Origin: Flectonema sp. DT1601
Lineage: Eukaryota
NCBI GenBank assembly: GCA_964019425.1
Contig: OZ025783.1
Location: 620,001 to 684,000, forward strand
DNA: 64,000 nt
Direction: 5' to 3'
Both the position numbers and the translations under genes were made by a program. The notes below the pieces were generated by a model. The model saw nothing but the letters and a program-made list of their open reading frames with translations. It was not told where the DNA came from and searched no databases. This document shows, piece after piece, positions 34,512 through 45,000 of the stretch; the first letter of the stretch is position 1; every line of letters begins with the position of its first letter.

Positions 34512-35710
34512 AGCTGCCATGCAACTCCTTCATCTACTGTATTAGTGTTCGGTTCGAAAATTGTTTGTTGATTTAACGAAGCAAACAAATGAATAGAAGA
34601 AAACAAAAACAAAAACAAAAAAGTCCAGAGAAAGAATGAAAAAAGAAAAAAAAGAAAATGAAAGAAAATAGTGTTTATTTCCCCTGCCACTTCTCCTCTT
34701 TTGCGCTTGAGGAATAGAAAATTTCTCCCCCTCCATTAAAAAAAAAAAAAAAAAAAAACCCTTCTGAATTTTTTAACCTTGACAAGAATAGGCATTCCCA
34801 CCCACGTACAAGATTGACTTCCAGCACTGCAACGCTGTATACAGAACATTTGTACTTAATTGTAGCAGGCAGTCCCTACATACAAACTATATTTACAACT
34901 TACTGTACCACAAGGCTATACTCACTTGTGTTTATTTTGCAAATTGCTTCAGGACGGGAGCCATTCAATAAGGACAGCCGTCTTATCAGACACAGAACCT
35001 GATGCAAAATGTATGACATGTACTGCCCTTACGACTGTGATCATATTAATAATATGTTATGCGTACCTTTTCCACCCATCACTATGCCTATTCCTATCTT
35101 GCCTTTTCTCATGTTGTTATATGGATTTTCCCATTTTTATCTGTTTTGTTTGTTGCAGTAACAAGCTGATTGTGGATAATTATTTTTGATGTAAACTTAA
35201 TGCATCCGAGTATTATCTAGTAACCACATTACAGTAAGACTCGGTCAGTTACTTGTGCTGTTATTTTCGGGGAGTTGTTACTGATAGTCTCTCCGTACCT
35301 CCATCTGTAAAAATATGAAAAAAACTTTTTTCTTACAGCGCTTGAAAATCTCAACCCCTTCACCCCCTTTCCCCACTTATTACGTCCTCGGAACTTGTTA
35401 AGTCTAGCGGTGGATGTTTTCGTCAGTTATGCTGTCAATATATGATGATAACTGCACCCTACTTTTTCTTTTTCCAATCCCCTACCCATCCATCCCGGGT
35501 CCGTATTCAGTGGAGTGTATAGTTATTCAACAGTAGATTACTTTGGTGGATATATTTTTTTTAAATTCTCTTTTTTATATTATCAGGGAACATTAGGATG
35601 CAAAAGATTCTTATTAATATTTTTAACGGTCTGTATCTATTAGTTTCTTATAAACAAAACAAACACAGTAGTTAATTCATAAAAGGTTTTATTCGAATGA
35701 AGTGTAAACT

Positions 35711-36178
35711 ATGAAGATTAGCGACCCATTCTCAAGTGATGACGAAACGGTAATATCACACGTAAGTGCTGTTTCTGGATCGTCATCCCGCGTAAGGGAA
35801 ATGGCACGTGAAAGAGATGACCGAGAACGGGCTGAGCTAAGCGCTCGTACAATGGAAGACGACCTCAGAGAGACGCGTACCAAGGTCTACACTCGCACGA
35901 TCACTAAGGTCATAATACCTTTACAACGGGCTCTGAGAAAAACTCGATCCAGGAAGGATCGAGTCGCCCTGTTTCAAAGTGAAATCAATTTTAGAAATGA
36001 AATAATTAAAATTGAAAAGAAAGATCGTCCTAAGAAAGTTCAAATTGACGTATCTCCATCGACGTTTGACGAAGACACAGCATACGATAGTGAAGGCTCT
36101 CGTCATCAGGGAATGTATGCCAATTACGAATACGACAAATTCTGTTGCGGAAATGGATTCCGATGTAGTATTCAATAA
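35711..36178 (+). CDS. Hypothetical 155-aa protein
   Basis: Coding-like composition, charged helix; no recognised domain. Confidence 0.6.
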   Translation: MKISDPFSSDDETVISHVSAVSGSSSRVREMARERDDRERAELSARTMEDDLRETRTKVYTRTITKVIIPLQRALRKTRSRKDRVALFQSEINFRNEIIKIEKKDRPKKVQIDVSPSTFDEDTAYDSEGSRHQGMYANYEYDKFCCGNGFRCSIQ

Positions 36179-36408
36179 TAAGCTTCGCTTTAATTTGTAT
36201 TTTTAACACCACATTTACGAAATGACATCATTTAATACTCATAGTCTAACGACTGGAGGGGGGGGGGGAGAGAGATTGATATGAATTAATATGCAGACAC
36301 TTTGATATGCTTACTTATTACTGTTAGTGGTGATGAGTTGAGTTAGAAAAGCTAAATTCTTTTCTTTTTAAAAAAAAAAAAAAAAAATGAAATAACAGAT
36401 GAATAATA

Positions 36409-38124
36409 ATGTGGGATATTCATACAAAGAATGATGTTATTACTCTGACTGAGAGATTTCAGAATCTTACAAATCTGATAACCCAAGAGCTTAGTAGTCG
36501 AGATGCTTTGGAGCAAGACGACTCCCAAAAAGAGAACAACACCGATGATTTTGAATGCTCTGGAGAAGTTCTACTACCTGTCACCAGACTGTTGAAGATC
36601 ATTCATTCAATACTGACTATACTGCTAATGGTCGATATCATCGACGTCTCTTTATATGCCACTGGACTCACTTGGTACGAAGATAGTTACCTGCCACATC
36701 TGTTGGTATATTCCTTCACAAATACGATGTGTGGGCTTGTTGAAGTTTATCTTAATAGAGAGTTTAATAATAATTTATCAGTTTCATTACACGGGTTGTT
36801 TGATCAAGAAGAAAATTGGAAGGAAACAATGGCGACTGTGTTATCGACGATTCCTCTTGATGGTGTTATGTTGTTAAATTCGTATTATAATTACAAGTGT
36901 TTTAAGATCATAAGAATGTGTAGGATCTACACGGCATCTTCAAAACGGTATTTCAGAGAAGCATCTCCACTTGCTTCGAAAAGTAAAAAAATCCAAGCAC
37001 TTCAGCTATCTGTCATAGTATTATGCACAATCCAGGTTCTATCAGTCGTTTGGCTTAGCCTTTGCAGACAAGATCTCAGAGAACCAAGCATGACTGATGG
37101 AGAATACTACATCTCTGGAGTTTATTTTATTATAACCACCCTAACAACAGTAGGCTACGGTGATATACAACCAGTCACCCTTCAAGAACTTTGGTTTATT
37201 ATTTGGTTGCAGGTGGCATCGTCGATTATCATCTTTATTATTGCTGCTAAAGGCACTATATTTTTCGTTGAACAAGAACCATACGAGTCTGCATGTACAA
37301 TTAAGAAGAAACAGATGGTTAGTTTATTTTCAATTTCGGGACTTCCGTTCGAAATTCAGAAGCAGTGTTTTGCATTGCTTCCGACGTTACTTCAAAAACC
37401 TGACTTTTCGGATGTTCTTGAACACCTTCCCGAGTTTGTAAGAAATCGTTTGGATTTTCACATAAAGTTTCGAATGGTTAATGCAGTACCGTTATTTAAA
37501 TCACTTCCAAAAGGACCGGTTGCTATTTTGATAAAAAACTTAACAACTGAGGTCTACGGACCCAAGGAATACATTATCCGCGTAAGTGAGAAAGGCGGAT
37601 GCATGCATTTCATATCCAGCGGAATGGTCGAAGTGACAAACGGCAGTGGAGAGAGTGAACAGTTACTTGCAACTTTAGGACCAGGAGCATGGTTTGGTGA
37701 AGTTGCTCTGCTTTATCCTTTTGTAAGAAGAACTGCAAGTGTTCGATCTGTTACTGTCACAGAGGTGTTTGTATTAAAAAGAGAATGTTTAGATCAATTA
37801 GATAATGCAAGTTTAAAGGAACTCAGAGCGAAGCTAACTCGCGACCGCAGAAGCATCGTAGCCACCAGCAAACGTCGACAAGCAGAAACAAATTCTGAAG
37901 ATGAGAGTAACTGCGACTTTGATGATGCATGCGGTTCATTCCGAGCATATGACTTTGATCAAACATCTGGAAGAGGTTTTACAACATTTTATCGAGATGA
38001 GAACATCCGTCAATCAGTCTCAACTATGGATGGAAGTGATCTAAGCACTCAGGCGATAACATTTAGTAATGCGATGAGTTCAAATGGTAAACAGAGATCT
38101 TGTGATAATTCATCAAATACATAA
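36409..38124 (+). CDS. Cyclic-nucleotide-binding-domain K+ channel (KCNH/CNG/HCN superfamily)
   Basis: Pore TTLTTVGYGD; C-linker; CNBD VPLFK..GAWFGEVALL..RRTASVRS. Confidence 0.9.
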   Translation: MWDIHTKNDVITLTERFQNLTNLITQELSSRDALEQDDSQKENNTDDFECSGEVLLPVTRLLKIIHSILTILLMVDIIDVSLYATGLTWYEDSYLPHLLVYSFTNTMCGLVEVYLNREFNNNLSVSLHGLFDQEENWKETMATVLSTIPLDGVMLLNSYYNYKCFKIIRMCRIYTASSKRYFREASPLASKSKKIQALQLSVIVLCTIQVLSVVWLSLCRQDLREPSMTDGEYYISGVYFIITTLTTVGYGDIQPVTLQELWFIIWLQVASSIIIFIIAAKGTIFFVEQEPYESACTIKKKQMVSLFSISGLPFEIQKQCFALLPTLLQKPDFSDVLEHLPEFVRNRLDFHIKFRMVNAVPLFKSLPKGPVAILIKNLTTEVYGPKEYIIRVSEKGGCMHFISSGMVEVTNGSGESEQLLATLGPGAWFGEVALLYPFVRRTASVRSVTVTEVFVLKRECLDQLDNASLKELRAKLTRDRRSIVATSKRRQAETNSEDESNCDFDDACGSFRAYDFDQTSGRGFTTFYRDENIRQSVSTMDGSDLSTQAITFSNAMSSNGKQRSCDNSSNT

Positions 38125-38420
38125 TAACACTTTTGATACCCTGCGATTGTTGCAATGATATCTCTATGATTGTTTATTCTCGTTGCATGTTGTTTTCCTT
38201 ATTCTTCTTTGCATTGCACTGCCTATCACAAAATATTATTGCGAATATTATCAGGACTTTACAGTCTGTGATAGCCTTAGGTTTTGTTTATCGGAATAGT
38301 GTACGTTGTGATTTATATTTTCTTTTGATAAACAGGTAGCAGTAATCTCACAAAAAGTCGTGTTCGGTATCTTTTATTTCTTAATCTTTGTTACTTTTCT
38401 TATTATCAGATCCTAAAGAA

Positions 38421-40079
38421 ATGTCTGAGATTCGTCGACTTGACACTATCGCCAAACAGACTGGTGAGGAAGAGCTGATTGACGAGGCTCGTTACTTTGC
38501 TAAGGTTTTGAAGTCACTGAAATCATATCCCGATCCACACAAGGATGAGGAATTTGTAAACAAGATCAATGGTCCACTAAGGCATATGGACAGACAAACA
38601 GCACTCTTTGCTTACACTAGAGCTGGAATCTTAGGTCTCGAACACATAGCATGGCAAAACTGGCAGAAAGAATTCGGAGAAGAACAAGGTATGAGTAGTA
38701 ACTTAGTAGTCCCAGTTGTGGAAATCCGTCGGGTTAATGAGAAACACAACGACAAATCCGGCAACAAAATCAAAATTGTGAACCGAGTGATTCTCAGTCA
38801 CCCCAGCGACTGCAAGAGAATTGCTGCGACACACTTAAAGAAACAGGGGAACTTCACTCCTGCACTGTTCTCATCTGTAATATCAACCACTGACAATGAG
38901 CATTGGAGAGCTCAGCGTAAGGTTCTAACAAAAGCGTTTATGCCGAAATCATCGTTGAGAGAAATCTTTCCTATTTCTGCAGCAAGAGGGGCGTTTTGCT
39001 CTGAGAAACTGCTGAGCGAATCGGATGGTGGAACAAAACCTGTTGAGATGAATGAGTTTTTATTGCACGAGGCGAAAGCGCAGTTACGTATGGCTCTGTA
39101 TGGAGAATCACAAGAAAAGATGGAAAGTATCAACAAACCATTCAGAGACGCAATGTCTGGTATCGGTGATGCTAAGGGAGACCTGAGAAGGATCATGACA
39201 CAAATGGCACGTGACATGGTCAATACTGAACAAGACATGTCAGGTCCTTCCATTGATGATAAGACTGGAATTAACGCTCCTTTAGCAAAGGCAATTCTCG
39301 ATGCGAGCAGACAAGATAAGACCACGTTATATGGAAATAATGTTATCTTTTCATTTGCTGGTCATGACACGACAGGTCACACCATGACGTGGTTTTTGTA
39401 TGAACTCGCTAAGAACCCAGATATTCAAAAGAAGCTTCAAAAAGAACTTGATGAGAAAATATGGAACGTCTGCAAGTCCGAGAATCGTGAGATATCTTAC
39501 GATGACTTTAAGAACACTCCATATCTAACAAAGTGTATTGTGGAAACTCTTAGACTCTGGCCAGCTGTTTGCAATGGAACATTCAGAGAAATGGAATACG
39601 ATGATTGGATCACTGGGTCAAATGGTGAAAAGGTTATCCTACCAAAGGGAACCAGGGTTCAGATCAGCACCTGGTCCCGACACAGAAATCCTAAACTCTG
39701 GGGACCAACGGCAGAGAAGTTCGATCCCGACAGACAATTCAACGGATCAGAATTGTGGGACGGGAAAGTATTCACAGCCAGTAATCCAAACTCTGAGAGG
39801 TTTTCACCATTCACATTCCCACCCAGGGATTGTATCGGAAAGAACTTCGCGCAGATGGAAATGCGAGTTGTCATTTCTAACTTGCTGCGAGACTTTACTT
39901 TTATTCCTTACGATGATGATCAGGCAGTCGAGAGCTACGAAACCCAGCCAGGAGTAAATTATGGAACACTCGCTCCAAAGTTTGTTCAAAAACCTGAACT
40001 CGTAAAGAGAAACTTTCAAATGTCAAAAGCCCGAGCACTGAGTGGCGTTCTGCTGAGACCAATCAAACGAGTGAAGTAA
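38421..40079 (+). CDS. Cytochrome P450
   Basis: WRAQR (WxxxR), FAGHDTT (I-helix), ETLR (ExxR), FDPDR, heme loop FTFPPRDCIG. Confidence 0.92.
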   Translation: MSEIRRLDTIAKQTGEEELIDEARYFAKVLKSLKSYPDPHKDEEFVNKINGPLRHMDRQTALFAYTRAGILGLEHIAWQNWQKEFGEEQGMSSNLVVPVVEIRRVNEKHNDKSGNKIKIVNRVILSHPSDCKRIAATHLKKQGNFTPALFSSVISTTDNEHWRAQRKVLTKAFMPKSSLREIFPISAARGAFCSEKLLSESDGGTKPVEMNEFLLHEAKAQLRMALYGESQEKMESINKPFRDAMSGIGDAKGDLRRIMTQMARDMVNTEQDMSGPSIDDKTGINAPLAKAILDASRQDKTTLYGNNVIFSFAGHDTTGHTMTWFLYELAKNPDIQKKLQKELDEKIWNVCKSENREISYDDFKNTPYLTKCIVETLRLWPAVCNGTFREMEYDDWITGSNGEKVILPKGTRVQISTWSRHRNPKLWGPTAEKFDPDRQFNGSELWDGKVFTASNPNSERFSPFTFPPRDCIGKNFAQMEMRVVISNLLRDFTFIPYDDDQAVESYETQPGVNYGTLAPKFVQKPELVKRNFQMSKARALSGVLLRPIKRVK

Positions 40080-42004
40080 TTCCGTGAACTTTCTCATTTC
40101 TCAACAAGTTTGGCGGAGTTCCCAGCTGCAACGTTCACGTTCAAAGTTTAAGAAAAAAAGATAGCGTATTTCGCTGCAACGTACGCCAAATAAAAATCTG
40201 CTAAAAATTAAAATATTCCGAGCCACGAACTCGGAGGAAAGCAAATGGTTTGATAACAACACCGAGAGGTGCACCAGGGATGGGTTTAGTTTGTAAAGAA
40301 AATGTTTTTTACCAAAATTGAAAATAATTTGTAAACAATGCTTTTGTTTAAGCCTTTCGAAAATCCTTGTGGACCTCTTATAGAACTTCTCACTCTGTAT
40401 CTTTATTCGAGTAGTTTTGTTCTCCTCTTGGGTATGATTTCCTTTCCTCTCTTTATCATTTTCTGTATTGAGCAAGCGAATACCTTAAACCAAAGCAATT
40501 CGCCTCTGCTATCCTTTATTAAAAAAAATAGAAGCATCTGCACAGGTCTCTCCTCTGCTTCTCTTTCTTTTTCTTGAAATTTCAAACGTCGATTTATTTT
40601 CTTTCTCTTTCGCAGTGGGTATAATGCGAGCGATTTAGCGCTTTATAGTTATTTCAAAAGGTTTCTGAAATAATCGAAAAAAAAAAAGAAAAAGAAAAAA
40701 CAAACAAACAAACGAGGTTTAATGTTGACATGTTTATTTCAAATAACAAGAGGCAAGTCGGGTACTTCGGTCTCCCTCTCTTTTTTTTTTTTTTTTTTTT
40801 TTTTGCGTAATTAGATGACAACATCAATAAGCAACGAGGAAGAAAAGAAAAAAACGATCATGAAAGCAATGTCTCTCCCTAAATAAGCAAAATGCGAAAA
40901 ATTTTGATTTTTATGATTTTTGGATGATAGTGTATCATGAGAGTTTTATGAGAGTGGAGTTCCTTGAATAATTACTTTGTACCTAATCTTTAGATGGACT
41001 CACCATTCAGTAGTCACTCTGAAGTTTTAGAAAATATAATTTTCTTGTTCTTTTATTTTGTTTGTTGCAGTTTTGAATACCAAACGAAACTGTAAAAACA
41101 TTAATATCTTTTGGGAACTTCCAGTTCCACAAATCTTCTTTCTAAATCCCGTGGAGTTGGTAATTTCTGAAAGTTCCGTTTTTGATACAAAACCTGGTGT
41201 GCGGAGCTGATATTTTTTCCAAACTTCGTCGAAATTCGGGATTTTGAAAAAGATTTGTGCGGAATTGGAGGTTGGTTCCTGTTTCTTTTGCATTTCTTTT
41301 TTTTTTTTGCTCCGTGTGGAAAGAAATATAATTGATCCGACGGATCAAAGGTTCACTATCCCGTTCAGTTTCGTCCTCTGTGTTTTTTCTCCCTTTTCTT
41401 TTTCTCTAGTTGCGTCTCTGAAACTAAACCAAACCAACTTCTTACTCTTAGGTTAAATCGGTCAGCGACTGCGAAAAGCAAAAAAACGTTTTGTGCGTAT
41501 TCGTAAAGGTTTTCTGATTTCCGACTAAGACGTGATGCGATACTTCCAATAAGAAGATAGGTAAATTTGTTATAAAAATAACATCCCAATCATACAACAC
41601 GCTTCCATTCAGAAAATATAATTGAGCCTTAGTAATTTTTGAGGAGATGAAGTTTATAATGGGGTTAAAACTTACACGACTTGGCGCTACTTTTGGGATT
41701 ATTTGTGTGATAAACCCGAGATTCTACCCACTCATTATATTATTATTAATTGTTCAAAATGGACGTAACCCCTTTTACAGGAGCTCATTCTGATAGATGG
41801 GCCTTCCGATATATTGCTTTGAACGTAGTTGACTTGAATCTATTGTGATACCACTGCTATCACTTAGTCGGAACTGTCAAAATAATCTCTGAAAAGATAT
41901 CTTTATAACAACATGACATTTAATGATTTACAGCTTTTCGCAGTCATAACGATTGAGATTCTTTAATATTTTATACATTCTCTTCTACAGATAAAAGATT
42001 TGAA

Positions 42005-45000
42005 ATGGAGCCAAAGACTCCGTCAGCTCTAAGAGGAGAGCGAGGCATGGCATGGCTTTATGAAGTTGGTGACGAGAAGAAGTTTGTAGAGAGTTGTCCA
42101 ACAGAGAAATTAGAAGTGATGGGAGTAAAGATCAGAGACGCAGTAGAATCTGTTTTCATATCAGATGACAATGGTGAGATTGTTATTGAGGACGATATGG
42201 GAGGAGAGGACAAAGCGATTACTATCTGCAAACTATTGCAATACTTCGCTGAGTCAGAAAATGCGAAAGCAAACACAGATCTAAGCGATTCCGCAACAGT
42301 TCTCGGTGGTAGCATCCTCCAACTTCATGAATACCCTGAAGTGATGAAAGCTGCAGGTGACGCCTTAGCAGTTTTACTTGACAAGGAGTGTGTCCCAGCA
42401 ACACAAGTCTTAACGAATTTATCCCTCATTGCCGTCTACTTAGCTGGTACTCCCCAAGTCACACTCCGAGATGTAACTCGTTTAAAGACAATTAGAAGAT
42501 TCTTATGTCAAATAGGATGGAGAGATCCTCGTGCAGCTGAATTCCTAAACCAAGTGAAGTTGTTAATCAATCCGAAATTCCTCCAAATTGAAGGCTCGGC
42601 AGACGTCATGATCACATTGTTCTCACAATCTGCATTCATTACAAAAACACTTCATAAAACAATGATGGTTAAGACTCTTAGAGCCTGCAGATACAGGGAA
42701 ACTGCGAGACTTTCATACATAAGTTGCATGGTAAAGGTCTGGCAAGGCCTTGATGGATTAAACGGAGCAGTATTTGAGCAGGAAGTAATGAAAGAGTACG
42801 TGACTTTAGCAGTTAATGCAGACACAAAGCACTTTCATCAAGTCCGCGAAGCTCTCGTAAAATTCCGTGAACTCTCAGCTGTCGGATACAACGGCAAATG
42901 CAAAGAAGGTTTAAAGAGATTGATGAAAGAGTCTGACGTGCTTTCTAATTTGGATGTTCCCAATGCAGTTCTTCGTAGTAACGGTATTTGTTTGTTGGGA
43001 GATCATTTTCCGATTGGTGATACAACCGGAAAGGCAGCAGTTGAGAAGATGCTCATAGAACAACTACAACTTCTATTTAGAGCACTCCACGACCCAGTCA
43101 GTATTGTTAGAGCCAATGCTGTCGTATCAATTTGTAAAGTCCTGAAAACTCACTGGAATGAACTTCCAAAATCAACAGCTCTCCCTTGTCTCGATGCTAT
43201 CTTCTCAAAGATGTCATTTGATAAAGCTGATCACGCAGTTCGTCTCTCTGCTTTGAAATCAATCAGATCAGAATTGCTAACCGCACCGTTGATGCAAGAA
43301 ATCATCAAAAAACTAATCGGAACATTAAAGCACCTAGACGATCCTAATGCACGTGTGAGACAAGCATACACACAGATCTTGTTGGATTTATCAGAAAATC
43401 CGACCTTCCCAGTGTCTGAAGTCATTAATGATGAGGCGCTTATCCGAAGGTTGTCTGTGGAGAAGAAGAAATTTGTGATGGAAAATCTAATTAAACTTGT
43501 AAAGAACAATTTATGGACGTTTATTGATCCAAGCAATCCAACGACAGAAGAGCTGAAAACGGCTGTTAAAAAATTACTTGTGGTCGCCACAAAATATGCC
43601 TCCGCAGCTGTTAACATATACAGACACTTGGCAAGGCAACCCAAGTTTAAACCACAGTTGTTTATTACACTTGTTCGTGGAGTGTTACAGTGGGTAAGTG
43701 GTGCTACAACAGTAAAAGACATAAAACAAATAGAACACATCCTCGCTGTGGTTAGCGCTATCACTCTTGAAATTAGAACTAAAATTATTGGGAAAGTACG
43801 TCACATGAAGACTCTGGCATCTCATATTGAGACCTCGGCATTGAATGTGATTGAGAACCAGTACAACAGTAGTATTGTAAAACAATTACTAACTCAAATT
43901 AGAGCTGTTGTGTCTATTTGTATTGGTGACTCACCCAATGCGGAAGGTGAAAGGAAATCACTGATGAATCTGCTGAAGGATACGCCTACAGACAGACTTT
44001 TAATTTCTAAATGCATATCCGCAGGGCTGACATCCGAAATGCTGGCGTACTGCAATGAGAATATTGCAAAAGGCAGTGACAGTGTTTTTCTAGCTACAGA
44101 AATGCTTCACAACGAGCAAGCATCACAAACTATTCTGTCAGATGCACGATGGTCTACCCTCTGTGATAGCGTTGCTGAGAATGTTAAGCTACTAGTTGGA
44201 AGAATGAGAGCTGACGTAGCTTCATTCACAGACAGCGATATTAAAAATACCGGAGCTCAGATTGAATTACTCGGTAGACTCTCTCTACACGGAGCATGTA
44301 AAAGAGAAGAAGAATCCAACAAAGCTACGAAAGCTTTGAAGAGACAGAAAAAGACTGCAGACGTATCTACTGTTGATACCGCCCAACCAAAAACTGACGA
44401 AGACTTAAAGGCGATAACAAAACTAATGACTGATACTCTCCTCCCGACAGCCAATAAGATAAAATCTAAATCAGCTCTACTAGCTGTCACTATAGCAGAA
44501 CAAGTATTAGTATTCATTACTCAAGGTATTAACTGTGGTCTGCTTGTCAAGAGATTAGCTGTGACAGCAGAGTCAGCTTTGATAAATGGTCCTGTAATTG
44601 TAAACACCTTGTTATCAATTGATTCTCATCTAATGCCTTGTGTATTAGTACTCGTTAGTAGAAGTCTAGAAATGCATATCAGTCACTTGATGTTTAACAA
44701 TTGGATGGATATGATTATGTCTCTCTTCAGAACAATCATATCTCAGATTGATGAGTTGAGTGTCGTTCCAAAAGATACGCCGTTTGCAGATGCGGAAGAC
44801 TTACGAACTCGTGTTTGGGGACACTTTGCTGATCATGGATTACACATTAAACATATCGACAGTTTCGCATCCGCAATTGTCCGGTGCAACCCTCCGGAAG
44901 TTGTGCGCGACATTACTGAAACCCTTTGGTGCCATACCCTCACAGTCGGAGGGTACTCTGTTGCACCTTATCTTGTCGCAGAATTCTGTAAGCACAAACC

